From positions 744,001-808,000 of the forward strand of contig RSEE01000010.1 in NCBI GenBank assembly GCA_003971905.1: a DNA stretch of 64,000 nucleotides, read 5' to 3'. The first letter of the stretch is position 1; every line of letters starts with the position of its first letter. Source of the stretch: Moniliella sp. 'wahieum'. Taxonomy: Eukaryota. This document shows positions 51,842-64,000 of this stretch, piece by piece. The position numbers and the translations under genes are program-made. The notes under the pieces are model-generated. The model was not told the DNA's origin and did no database searches. It worked only from the letters and a program-made list of their open reading frames with translations.

Positions 51842-52328
51842 TGATGCACCGAGTTGAGGCTGAGAAGTTGGTGGTGTGGGTGTGGAGCCAACTGGGTTGG
51901 GGGGTGTTTCCGCCGCGTGGCACAATTTCCGCTCAAAATGAAACATTGCGTGCCTGGGCGGAACGGCCATTGTCGCTACAGTATTCCGCTCGTTTGAATG
52001 GGCAGCCGCGCCCGTGGGGCGCTACGTGTGCGGTTGGCCACCACCATCTCTCCTCATCTCTTCCACAGTGCGGAAACAAAAAGACTGCCTGATTCCTGTC
52101 TGGACAACAGTGCTCAGTGTACGGTGTCGGTCAGAAACCCTTCTGTCTGCGTTGTTTTCGCCATCCACTTCCGCCACCACCCTCCAGGGCGCAGCCTGAG
52201 CTCAGCCCCCTCTTCTTGACGCCCCCATAGCGCAGCATTTGGAAGCACTCCTACCGATTGCTGCCACTAGCTCTCAATATCCCTTCTTCTACCTCCCCAA
52301 CCTGATCCCAACAACTCTTCTGCAACCG

Positions 52329-54193
52329 ATGTATGGATACTTTGCGGCTCCCGCACCTTACAGTGGTGCACCGTACGGTGTTACGGCATACCCCCCCCTT
52401 GTACCAGCCATGCCCGACATGGCCCATATTGTTCACGACCCGCAAGCATTTGAGGCCTTCTTCATGGACCAGCTTCAGACACTCACCTTCAATAGCAAGG
52501 ACATCATCAATTACCTCACTGACTTGGCCATCAGAAACAATGTCCTCATGTCGTCTGTTGTTGGCCAGACGCTCGACTTGCATATCTCCCACGTAAGTTC
52601 CGGCCCTGTTAAGCGTTTGAGTGGTAACATCTGACCTTTCGATCATCCCCCAGGCCCTTCCAGCCCACCGCCTCCCAGCCCTCTACTTGCTCGACTCGAT
52701 CTGCAAGAACGGGGGCGAGCCATTCCCTAGCATGTGGTCCCCCACGTTCCCCGCCTGTTTGCCGACACGTACACCGTCGTCGATGCTTCTGTACAGGCCA
52801 AGATGGAATCAATGGCGCGCACGTGGAAATCTGCTGGTTTGGGGGGCAGCCGCTTTTTGGAACAGAGGTTCAATCAGAGGTGGAGAATTTCCTTCCTCGC
52901 AGCAGCCAGTGGGCGGTGGCAGTCTTCTCTCATCTCGGATTGAACAACAGCTCCGCCTTACTCAAGAGCAGGCCAAGGCGGCGCCTTCTGCTGACCTGAG
53001 TCTCCGCATTAAAGCTCTTTCGGGCCTCAAACAGGTTGTGGATGTCGGTGATGTTGTACCTTCGGACTTGCCAAGATCGATGCTCAGATTACGGTGCTTG
53101 AGAAACTCAATCCATCCCCAGTACCAAGTCACCTAGCACTCCTCTGGCACCACCGGTTCTGCCTGTGGCTGCCGCAGCCAATGATTCTGCCGCAGCTGCT
53201 ACTCAACCCCCTTCAAACCCCAATGATTTGTTCGCCAAGCTTCTTCAGTCCGGTTTACTCAGTAAGGTCTCCACAACGCCCAGTGCAGCAGCACAGGTCT
53301 TGCCCCCTCCGACGATTATCCCACCTGTTACAGGTCCACCAGATCAGGATGATTGGTACACGCGGGCGGTACTTGGTATGACCATCCCTTGGAAAACTCA
53401 GGACTTGCTAATGCCAACTGGCCCGATGTAAGTCCAAATTGGACTGAAGGAGTTGCCACTTCCTTGCAGGCAATGTGGGCGGCGTTTCCCAGATGGGCCA
53501 GATGGGCAGGAGAGTCTGCGCCAGCATCTTGACTGGCATTTCGGCAGAACAAGGCGGTGAAGGAGTCGGTTGTACGTGGGCAGTCGCGGATTTGGTTCCC
53601 GCGTCTGTCCGATTTTATTACAGGAGGTGCAGACGACAATGTGGTTGCGGTGCAGCATGGAATGGGAGAGGCAGAAGCACATCGGCTGACAGCTGAGAAG
53701 GAGGCTGAGTGCGTCGACTGTTCGTCCCCGCGCCCTCGGACCCAGTGGTAGCTGCGCTGCCGTGTGCGATCTGTAAGGAACTGTTCAAGTCCGAGTACAA
53801 TGAGGAAGAGGAGGAATGGGTGTGGTACAATGCCGTCAACAAGGGTGGCATCTATACCCATGCTACCTGCGACGCTTCTCAGCGCACCCTCTCGTCCAGC
53901 GTTCAACGCGACACCTGAGCTCTCCGAATTGGACCGTCTCCGTCGTGCACTGGCCCTTCCGTTCCTGCCGCCGCATCTTCCAGTGCGACACGAGCCAAGC
54001 GGCCTCATTCGAGTTGGAGCCGAGGAGCACGCTCCAAGTCCCCTTACAAAGCACCGAGATCACCGGCGAGGATGATGCCCCCTACGACCCCACCGCTGAC
54101 GAGGCAGCTTACGTACTACCAATCCCACGCGCCCGGCGTTGCCTCTCGCGCGCGGATGGCCCTCCTCCAGCGAAGCGGCCATGTGCTCAATAA
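52329..54193 (+). CDS. PCF11: mRNA 3'-end processing factor Pcf11 (CID domain plus two zinc fingers); intron 52593-52653
   Basis: LQTLTFNSKDIINYLT, RLPALYLLDSICKN, C.QCGRRF..HLDWHFRQN..RGQSRIWF, CAICKELFKSEYNEEEEEWVWYNAV..HATC. Confidence 0.93.
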
Positions 54194-55066
54194 TGACTGC
54201 TTCACATGACTGGTCGCGCTGGGTTGATGTCGGTGATGCATACAGCAGCTCAGTGTGGTGGGCAAAAACGTTTCCATTGCGGTGCGTTGTATATAAAAAG
54301 TTGTCTGTCCATTCGCACACTTGTATACACAAACCATTTGCATGTATGGGCCAAGACAATGTACTTATAGTGGCATAGTGAACGCTGGCAGGCCGACTGC
54401 AGATATCCGGAGCCGGGACCAAGGCCGGTTTTGTCACTTGTCAACGCCTGTCAACTAGTCAACGGAAGAGGCGCACTTCTACTTGCGCAGCTGGATGGGC
54501 ATGCGAATGCGACCAGTCGTGGCTGTCCTGGTGCAGCGTGAATGTGAAATGCACTGGATAGACTGAACCATCGCGGAAGACCTCCCTGAGGAGACAGGCA
54601 TTGGGCAGTGTGCCTCCAGGAGAGAGGCGCGTGAGGCTGTGGTGAGTTGCGCAGCGAGTGGATTGATGCAGATGATGATGTAGGATGCATGATGCATGTT
54701 GATCGTTGATCGATGTAGCGGGTGGCGCGCTCACAGACGCAGACGCCCTGCGGCGGGGCTGCAACGGGCCGAGACGAGGCTGGGCGACGAGGCGGCGGCA
54801 GCCCACTCTTGGTGAGGACATTGCTGAGACGCAGTGAGGACACTGAGTCGTGACGAGTGACTAGGGCTCCTCCTGCCAGCCACTGCGGGCCACCCGCAGC
54901 TCCATCCCATCACAAGCCCTGTGCCTGAAATCTGACCTCTAAACAGTGCCACCCGGCGCCTTCACCGCTTCACCCGTCTCGCGCTCACCGCACCGCTCAC
55001 CGGTTGGTTGTTCTCCATTTCTTCCATCCGCCTCTCCTCTCCTCTCCTCTCACTGCCTCCTCCGCC

Positions 55067-57704
55067 ATGGAGCCAGCCACGCCCACGGCGCCCTCGCCAC
55101 GCATCCTGCCCCCGACCACCTTCTTTGCCCGCCCCCCCACTGACGATGAGCCCCCAATCTCCCCGCGCTCGCCCACCGCACCCCCCTCCGCCCCGCCCCC
55201 ACCGCGCGCTGGCCACGCCTTGACCAGCGGTCGCAGCTTCGAGCTCCCAAAGCGATCCACCCCCGCCCCATCCCCCGCGTCTGCATCTTCCTTTGGACTT
55301 GGGTCTGCTCGTCCTGCTTCTGGTGTACTGCTCTCCGAGGCCCACCCGGGCACCGGCACCGATAGTTCCGACACTGACACCGACGTGCGCTCGCGCGCCA
55401 TCCTTGCTGCCCGGCCTGCTGGTGCTTCCACCCCCGGCCTCGTTACCGGCACCCCCTCCGCGTCCCAGCATGCTTCCCGCCGCCCACGCCCAACCCCACC
55501 AGCTCCCGCCCCAGCACTCCTGGTCCCACTGGCCGTCCTTCGACGGGGTTCAGTACCTACCGTTCAGCCCAGTCGTCGGCCTATGGATCTGCGTATACCT
55601 CGGCGCGTCCCAGCATTAGCTCGCCCGTCGATACTGCCTACCACTCGGGTTCCGGGTCAGAGTCCGAGTCGCGCCATTCGCGCTCTGGCTTGCCCCGCCC
55701 CACCCTCGTTCAGGGCCAGGTCTCAACCCCTGCGCCGAGCACCCCGGGCGCCATGCGGCGTGGTAGCCTCGGCTCGGTCACAGCCTCACGACGCCACGAC
55801 CGAACCCTCCCTTTGCCTATCCGGCCATGGACTACCAGGAACCGCGTGCAAGAAGCTCAAACCGAAGGCGAGGAAGAGCTGCGGTGGACCAGCGGCCCAG
55901 GAAGCACAGATGATGCTTCCTTTTCAGTGCGAACGGGACCAGAAACCGCTGGTGTCTCGCTGCGGAATCCACATGCTTCCAGTTTCGCCAAACAGGCTGG
56001 TTGACTGAGGAGCCCCCATTCTCTTTAGGATCGCACTCGTTACTAACTCGGCACCGCTCCATGATCCGCGATCACCTTACAGGAAGACAGCCCTCGAAGG
56101 AACTTCTTCTCAGATATGTCTCCGGCCTCTGGGCTGGCTCCCGGACATGGTCTTTACCCACATGCTACTCCATCCCAACATTCACTGGCTTCCCTGGGAC
56201 CTCGCCCCACAGGGAGAGCGACCGATCGGGAGCACCACTTGTCCACCCCGAGCCGAAAACCCCTGTTACCCCTCCGCCCGTTTCCTCCAGCTCACTGGAG
56301 AATAGCCATTGGCGCGGCCGTCTTGTACCAGTAGCTCATCCGATGGGCACAAAACGAATCCGCAAGTATCACAACTGGCCGGGTGGCAATCGCTTTATTC
56401 TCGGTGGTTGGGGGGTCACGTCCCAATCCCCCCCTTGGGCGGCGCTCGCGTCGTTTGCCCTTGTGCTAGCTCTGCCTGCGGTGTGGATGGCGTGGGACGG
56501 GCGCTGGGTTTCCAACAACATCTCACCGGGCCCATCGTCGTCCTCGCCTACTTTTGGATGGCGTCAATTGTGGCTATGATCCATACCGGTTGCTCAGACC
56601 CGGGTGTTCTGCCCCGTGATTTGGACATACGTCCTCCTTGCCAAATGCCTGGCCAAACGCGAGCAGGAGAAATACGGTTGGCAGACCCGGACGACCCCTT
56701 AGCCGTGCCCATGCCTCGCAAAGTCCGCGTTGGTCCCCAAGGTCGGGTGCTCAAGCTGACCTGGTGCACGACCTGCCGCATCTACCGTCCGCCTCGAAGT
56801 TCCCACTGCCGCACGTGCGACAATTGCGTTGAAAACATTGACCACCACTGCACCTTTCTCAACAACTGTGTCGGGAAGAGAAACTATACCTCGTTCCTTT
56901 GGCTTCTCTTTGTCCTCACTGTGTCGCTGTTGTGATGATTTCCCTGTGCATCGCGCACCTAGTTATGCTCACCTGGGCCAAGGGCCATCCCTACCCACGT
57001 CGTGGACACACCAGCCCTGGGCTCTCGTTTGGCGGCGCGCTCCGCAACACGCCCGCCTCGGCGGTGGTGGGATTGCTGTCGGTTGGCCTTTTGGGACCTG
57101 TGCTGACCCTCTTTGGGTACCACGCCCGGCTCGTATGGCTCAATCGCTCGACAGTCGAGCAGATCCGTATCCAGGCCGCTCGCAAAGTTGGTGCCCAGTC
57201 TTTGGGGTACGGCGAAGAAGACGATGCTGATGACGAGGATGAACCTTCACCGCCCCCTGTGCCCTCTCGTATGCAAAACCTGCTTGGGGCCTTGACCTTA
57301 CCCTTCCGCCTCTTCCTCCCTCGTCTTCGAAACCAGGGGGAACAAGGGCGACGCAAGCGCCTGCGCTCTTCGGCGTTAACATTAGATCCCAACCCTTTTG
57401 TCCGCCCTGGTCACCCAGGCCGCAACATCCTCTCCGTTCTGTCTCGGCCCTACCCTCTTTCGTGGATGGATCGGCGTGGATGGGTGGAACCAGACCTTCG
57501 GGGCACCAACCCGGCCTTTCTGCCAGATTCGTCGCCTGCCATGCCCGACGTGGGCTCACTGCGCCTCTTGGACGACCGGCCGCTGACTCGCATTTGCCTG
57601 TTGGGCCTGCGTTTGCTTCTGCGCTGGGAATGCCGGCAACGGACGGCCCTACCCCGCTGCATTTGCACCACGACGATGCGTTCGAAATGCGTGAACAGGC
57701 CTGA
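55067..57704 (+). CDS. ERF2: DHHC palmitoyltransferase, Erf2/ZDHHC9-like
   Basis: [87 protein letters not shown]. Confidence 0.9.
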
Positions 57705-58712
57705 GGCTCAGGCCTGATGACCGATCCTCCGCAGACACCGAGCCTGCTCAGCTCGATTTTGGACGCACTGGCCCATCTTTTCTTAACCCTTTGCATACGC
57801 GTGCTCCCTCTTTTTCCTTTCCCTTGACACTTGTCTTATTCTCGGCGGTACAAGCACAGTGACTAGTGACTTGGGACCCCAGCCGCTGTTCTCGTTCGCT
57901 GCTATACCATTGATCATTTCTCACCGTTTTGCCATCCTCTCCTTTGGAGCTTACCGATCATAATCTACATGGGGTCTCCTTTTGTCGTCTCATGGTCTTG
58001 CCATTGCGTCTGATGCGGACGAGGCATCTCTGTCCCTGATAAACGGCTGATTGCCGAGAGCTTGAACGCCGATGGATGAGGGTGGGAGGAGCGGGAGGAC
58101 GTGGTTGAGGGTAGGACGGGGAACAGATAACACATGTGAGGTGTGAGAACTTCGATGAAAACTCAGTTGGGACACTAGAGCCTACCTGTATTAACTCGAA
58201 GGCCCTGAGGCCTTTAGGTTCCCAGCCCCGAGCACCTGCGCCTCAACGCCTCAGTGTGAGGCTTCAGCGCCTCAGCCTCAGCCAATGCTCAGCCCCTCAG
58301 CGCCTTCAGCCAGCCGATGCCCAGCAGGCTGAGCGTGTATCCACCTGAGCTCAGCCTCATCGACCACCGTTGAGGCTGAGGCGCTCAGGCCACGAGCGGT
58401 GCCGGTGAGATTGAGAGCAATACAGTTGGTACTAGAATGGCGTCGATGCCTCCCGAGCCCCCGCGAAGGGCAGCAGAGGGCCAGTGCAGTCTAGTGCCGG
58501 CCCAGAAAGGCGTCTCCCAACACTGCGCCCGTGCGATACTTCGGCTGGCTTCCCCGGCTTCCTGCGCCTTCCCATCGTCACGCATCGGACACCATGCATC
58601 ACCCATCCGGCTGGGCACACCTGCTCCACACTGGCCAGATCCGTGTGTCATTGCGCCGTCGCTTGAGCGCCTCGATACCTCACGCTCGAGCCCCGCGCAT
58701 GGGCCACTCTTC

Positions 58713-58719
58713 TATAAAA
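58713..58719 (+). promoter_or_regulatory. TATA box of HSP70
   Basis: TATAAAA 67 nt upstream of ATG, followed by CT-rich leader. Confidence 0.6.
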
Positions 58720-58779
58720 TAGGCGTCGCATCCCGCCTCCTGCGCTTCTTCCTTCATCCTACCTGGACTAATCCTTCCC

Positions 58780-60743
58780 ATGACCAAGGTACGTTCTCCC
58801 TTCGCGCCTCAGGCCACCTGCTGACCCCTGGATTCCTCCTTCGCAGGCTGTTGGTATTGATCTTGGCACCACCTACTCGTGCGTTGCCGTCTGGCAGAAC
58901 GACCGCGTTGAAGTCATTGCCAACGACCAGGGCAACCGCACCACCCCTTCTTATTGCCTTTACCGACTCGGAACGTCTTATTGGCGATGCCGCCAAAACC
59001 AGACGGCCATGAACCCCCACAACACGGTGTTCGATGCCAAGCGCCTCATTGGCCGCAAGTTTTCTGACCCGGAGGTTCAATCCGACATGAAGCACTGGCC
59101 CTTCAAGGTTGTCGATGTCGGCGGCAAGCCCGTGATCCAGTTGAGTACAAGGGCGAGACCAAGAAGTTCACCCCTGAGGGGTGTCTTCGATGGTGCTGCT
59201 CAAGATGCGCGAGACTGCGAGGCTACTTGTGGCGCTGTCAAGGACGGTGTGGTCACTGTGCCCGCTACTTCAACGACTCGCAGCGCCAGGCCACTAAGGA
59301 CGCTGGTGTATGCCGGTCTCAACGTGATGCGCATCATCAACGAACCCACGCTGCTGCCATTGCCTACGGTCTTGACAAGAAAACGGAGGGGGAGCGCAAC
59401 GTGCTCATCTTTGACTTGGGCGGCGGTACTTTTGACGTTTCGCTCCTTACCATTGAGGAGGGTATCTTTGAGGTCAAGGCCACTGCTGGTGACACCCACT
59501 TGGGTGGTGAAGACTTGACAACCGCCTTGTCAACCACTTTGTCCAAGAGTTCAAGCGCAAGAACAAGAAGGATCTGGCTTCCAATGCCCGTGCCCTTCGT
59601 CGCTGCGCACTGCCTGCGAGCGCGCTAAGCGCACCCTCTCTTCGGCGCCCAGACCACGGTGGAGATTGACTCGCTTTACGAGGGTATCGACTTTATACTT
59701 CGATCACTCGTGCCCGCTTCGAAGAGTTGTGCGGTGACCTGTTCAGCCACACCATCGACCCCGTCGAGAAGGTACTGCGTGACGCCAAGTGCGACAAGGG
59801 CCAGGTCAATGACATTGTTCTTGTCGGTGGCTCCACCCGTATCCCTCGAGTCCAGAAGCTCCTCTCGGACTTTTTCAACGGCCGCGAGTTCAAATCGATC
59901 AACCCCGACGAGGCTGTTGCTTATGGTGCCGCGGTCAGGCTGCCATTTGACGGGTGACACATCTGAAAAGACCCAGGACCTGCTGCTTCTTGATGTTGCC
60001 CCACTGTCGATGGGTATCGAGACTGCCGGTGGGGTGTTCACGCCGCTCATCAAGCGTAACACCACTGTGCCCACCAAGAAGTCGGAAATCTTCTCGACCT
60101 ATGCTGACAACCAGCCCGGTGTGCTGATTCAGGTGTATGAGGGTGAGCGCGCGCGCACAAGGACAATAACCTGCTCGGCAAGTTTGAGCTGTCGGGAATC
60201 CCCCCTGCTCCCCGTGGTGTGCCCAGATTGAGGTGACGTTTGACGTGGATGCCAACTCGATTCTCAATGTCTCGGCTGCCGACAAGACTACGGGCAAGTC
60301 GCAGAAGATCACCATCACCAATGACAAGGGCCGTCTGTCGAAGGAGGATATTGAGCGCATGGTCTCGGACGCCGAGAAGTACAAGGCGGAGGACGAGGCT
60401 GCGGCTTCTCGGATCAGCTCCAAAAACGGACTCGAGTCGTACGCTTACAACCTGCGCAACTCGCTTAACGAGCAGGGTGTGTCGGACAAGCTGACGCTGC
60501 CGACAAGGAGAAACTCAACAAGGCTATCAGCGAGACAATTGAGTGGCTCGACAACTCGCAGGAGGCCTCTAAGGACGAGTACGATGACAAGCAAAGGAGC
60601 TCGAAGGGATTGCCAACCCCATTATGCAGAAGCTCTATGCTGCAGGCGGCGCCCCCGGCGGTGCTGCCCCTGGAGGCTTCCCCGGCGGTGCTCCTCCCGG
60701 CGCCGGTGGCGATGACGGTCCTTCGGTCGAGGAGGTGGACTAA
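58780..60743 (+). CDS. HSP70: Cytosolic Hsp70 (SSA type); intron 58789-58846
   Basis: [54 protein letters not shown]-terminal [12 protein letters not shown]. Confidence 0.98.
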
Positions 60744-62200
60744 AGGTGTTCGCGCCGGCCCTCCAAAATTCACGCCATTCTTTCCCCTGCCTTCAATTCT
60801 TCCCCAACTTGCATGACCCCCCTTCCTCCATGTACAAAATACACGCACGTGATTTGAGAGTTGCATTGGTATACAGAAGTTGCTCCGGTGAGGCCGATGA
60901 GGTACGTGTGATAGACATGATGCAGCAAGGCGCCGGATGGTGGGAGAGGAGGAACAAGTGAGGAGGGCAAAGAGACGACGGACATTATAACGATGAGAAG
61001 GGAACGAAGACACGAAATCTGCCGCGCCCCGCACGCAGTATAACTGACTGTGAGCATACTGCAGTCACTACTAGTCCTGAGTGCCGAATGCAGTATAGTC
61101 AAGCCGGATGCTGAAGCTGCTGGAGCAACGTCCTGATCCACCGGCCGCGGAAACTCAGTTCAACAGGTTGGGGGCGCACCCGCCCATAAGCGGACATAAT
61201 ACAGGCAGGTATAAATATAAGCGCACCAAGAGCTGCACCAACAGAGGCGTCAGCACGGAAGAAATTGTCGCCGCGCAGGACCTCGGCGAACGGGCCTGTT
61301 CGGTCAAACGGCGATCGCCGGCCGTCGGTGGCAATGGGCGGATGATGATTTTCATGGGGGGGTCCCGAGGTGGGAAAACCCCCTGCAGTTTTGGGGTATA
61401 AACCCTTGGACAGAAGATCAATCGGTGTCTCGTAAGTTGGGTCCTGCTCCAGATCCTGGTTGAACGTTCAACGTTCATACGTTCATGACTGGTACAGACA
61501 GAAGGGGTTCACTTCCCAGAGAGGTAAAGACTAATGCACAGAAGCCCTTGCTCTCCAAGGTGCTGCGGAGTCGGGTGTGTAAGACCGGAGGAACCCAAGT
61601 GATTGGGTGAAGAACCTCTGGAAATGTAGAGCAATGCAATCGCGATGGTGGTGGTTGAGGTCTAAGCCTTGTGCCACACCTAGAGACAGGGGTTCAGACA
61701 AGCCTGAGTATACACGTGGAGGCTTCGGAGGACAAATCAGGGGTGAAGGGTGATGAGGCGCCTTGGCCTAAGTACGGGACCACGGGTCCCAACAGGGTGC
61801 AGCAGGAAGGGCTCTGACAAGACTGGTCGCAATGGACACAAGCATCGTACCGTTAAGCCCATGCGACCATGGCGGGCCGCGGATGATATCCGCAGCATGG
61901 ATAACATGTCGACTGGCTCTCTCTCGCTAGTCTAGCAGAGGACTGACGCGTGTTGGGCTGAGATGTGTTTACTATATGCGGGGCTCAGCGTCCGGAGATA
62001 ATCCATAACCGGCGAGCATCACCCCGTAACAATGACCGATGAGATGTATGACGCTGCATGAAGCCAGTCACTTTTCGCGCCAACGATCAGCTTGATCCCT
62101 CTGCCTGAGCACCAAGCACCAAGCAGCAAGGTAGTATAAGAAGGGCTGAGAGCCACGCTCGTCAACCCAAGTCTCGCCCCCGCCACCCCCTACTGCTCTC

Positions 62201-62986
62201 ATCTCCAACGTTGTTTGCAAGCACTGCCTCGATCTCAAGGAGATTCCTGGAACGCCGACGGGAAAGTATGACACGGTGGCCGGAATCAAGAGTTACATCC
62301 AACCCGGCAGCAAAAAGGGTACCGTCATCCTTGCCACGGACATTTTTGGACTTGGCATCCCCAACCCAGCGCTGTTGGCCGACAAGTACAATGCCGGGAC
62401 AGGCTTCACGGTCGTTGTTCCCGACCTGTTCAACGGTGATCCCATGAGCCCTAGTGACTTCAACATGAAGAAACACTCTGGCGACACCGAGCCGCAACCA
62501 ATGGACGAGGCGGTTGGTCGTTTCATGGTCTGGCTTGGCAACAACCATGGATTTGACAACACGCTTCCGTTGGTCGCTAAGTTAATTGAGCACTATGCCC
62601 CCCAAGGCCCAGTGGCCATCACGGGTTACTGCTACGGGGCCAAGCTTGCTGTGCTGTCAGCCATTTCAGGGGGTGCCACGGGCCCGCTTAAGGGCATCGT
62701 GCTCAACCACCCGTCCATGCTCCAGGCGGCAGAGGCCAAGCAAATCCAGGTCCCTACCCTGCTCAACATGGCTGAGACCGAACCGGTGTTCACCCCCGAA
62801 ATCCGGGACGAGTGGATTAAGACGCTCGAGGCCAACAAACTGCTCGATGCGGCGTCGACGACCTACCCTGGCACAGTACACGGTTTCACTTGCCGCCCGG
62901 ACCTCTCGAGGCCCGACTTGAAGCATGCGTTTGAGTCGGCGGCGGCGGAAAGCACCATTGCGTTTTTCAACAAGGTCTTGGCTTGA
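62201..62986 (+). CDS. Dienelactone hydrolase family alpha/beta hydrolase; start codon not cleanly visible
   Basis: CKHC..PGTPTGK, ILATDIFG, LADKY..VVVPDLFNGDP, GYCYGAK nucleophile elbow, HPS, YPGTVHGF. Confidence 0.92.
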   Translation: MSNVVCKHCLDLKEIPGTPTGKYDTVAGIKSYIQPGSKKGTVILATDIFGLGIPNPALLADKYNAGTGFTVVVPDLFNGDPMSPSDFNMKKHSGDTEPQPMDEAVGRFMVWLGNNHGFDNTLPLVAKLIEHYAPQGPVAITGYCYGAKLAVLSAISGGATGPLKGIVLNHPSMLQAAEAKQIQVPTLLNMAETEPVFTPEIRDEWIKTLEANKLLDAASTTYPGTVHGFTCRPDLSRPDLKHAFESAAAESTIAFFNKVLA

Positions 62987-63365
62987 TCTGCGCCGTCATG
63001 CAGAACTGATCTACCCTGGAAGAGCGAGCGCCTTTTCGGAAGCAATTCGTTGCCTCTACAATATAGTGCCTGATGGACACTACTGGGTGCATGTTATGAT
63101 AGCCATCAACATGTACCCACAGCTATGTCATGATTTTACACGTGCGACAGGAGTGGCCGTAGTTATAGCTGTGAGGTGTCTCTTGCGCGTCCTTGCGCAT
63201 CAACTTGCCACTCACTCCCATCTCAGCCATGTCTGTTCTCAACCACAGTACTGACACATAACTTGATGATGTTGACCTCAACCATTGCACGAAATCGCCC
63301 ACCAAAAGGTCGCTCATAAAGGTCGCTCATCTGGCGTTGCCTGTAGCTCATTACGCACGCAAGCC

Positions 63366-63447
63366 GGTTCCATATTGTAGTTGGTTAGCAAGTAGGATTC
63401 TGATCTTTGAAATTCCTGAAACCTGGGTTCGAATCCCAGTGGGACCT
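63366..63447 (+). tRNA. tRNA-Gln(CTG) with a ~9-nt intron (63404-63412)
   Basis: Acceptor GGTTCCA/TGGGACC, D arm TTGT..GCAA with TGG, anticodon stem TAGGA/TCCTG around TT-CTG-A, T arm CTGGG-TTCGAAT-CCCAG. Confidence 0.95.
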
Positions 63448-63448
63448 G

Positions 63449-63453
63449 TTTTT
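63449..63453 (+). terminator. RNA polymerase III terminator
   Basis: TTTTT immediately after the tRNA. Confidence 0.8.
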
Positions 63454-64000
63454 GCTATCTTGGCTTTTTTGTTACTTTAGGCGTCCGGGGGGGGCGGGGG
63501 GGGGGGTGGCGGCTACGGGCAACAGCAGCACAGATGAGTGAGCCTGGTGGGCGCAGCGTTTCTTTGTCCCGGCGTTAAGCTCTGTGAACGATATACATGC
63601 AACAGTAGGGTTGGATATGGAGATAAACGTGGTCAACGTATGAGCACAGGCAGAACCATCTCCAACGAGACTCTTCTCGGCTAGGCTGGCGCTGATGTTG
63701 GTTCCTCAATGCAATGTCTGTGCTGATGTGGCCAAAAAACAACTATAACATATCATTTCGCACGCAGTTTCCCTCTTAGCTGGCAAAGTAGTATTCTCTC
63801 ACGTCATTAACATGTTGCCATGTCAAAGAATATAACGGTTCTGGGGCACACCAGCTGCTGTATGCGGTCCTGCCGTTCTTATCAACACACGCACAAGTCC
63901 ACCTTTTGCATCATCATAATATGGACACGTGTGCATGGAGATGTTTATCGGTGTACTAAATACCTATTCACTTTCACAATGAATCCGCATGAGGATTGAC

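Noticed and set aside
61750..61817. Box C/D snoRNA (GTGATGA..CTGA)
   Set aside because: No terminal stem and no recognisable rRNA-antisense element
389..62986. Frameshifts in ARF1, HSP70, PCF11, GRR1 and others as pseudogenisation or programmed frameshifting
   Set aside because: They hit nearly all genes including essential ones, are mostly 1-bp losses in homopolymers, and lack accompanying nonsense decay; this is typical long-read assembly error
63404..63412. Unusual tRNA anticodon loop
   Set aside because: Explained by a short intron at the canonical 37/38 position

Overview
GC-rich, intron-poor eukaryotic DNA from a basidiomycete fungus (possibly Ustilaginomycotina; inferred from the ARF1 N-terminus, GTACGT/GTGAGT donors and CTRAC branch points). 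Almost every conserved gene is broken by 1-bp indels, mostly in homopolymers, which points to an unpolished long-read assembly, so gene ends are approximate. Recognisable genes: ARF1, SCS2/VAP, an OCA/Siw14-family phosphatase-like gene, JJJ1-type DnaJ abutting or fused to a ChaC gamma-glutamylcyclotransferase, a Gti1/Pac2 (WOPR) regulator, a DHA1-type MFS transporter, an AlkB dioxygenase, GRR1, a long coiled-coil protein, SND2, PCF11, ERF2-like DHHC palmitoyltransferase, cytosolic HSP70, a dienelactone hydrolase and an intron-containing tRNA-Gln(CTG). Two accessory zones (about 3.8-14 kb and 27-37 kb) hold a CMC/Plavaka-like transposase remnant, a 23-bp tandem array and orphan ORFs. The most unusual signals are (1) two diverged copies of an unidentified ~210-240 nt structured RNA-like element (22998-23208, 35159-35401) with helix-level covariation and a shared upstream promoter-like motif, (2) a pervasive intergenic pattern of 7-bp units made of TGA/TCA/TAA plus a variable, mostly palindromic 4-mer, and (3) a probable DnaJ-ChaC fusion protein.
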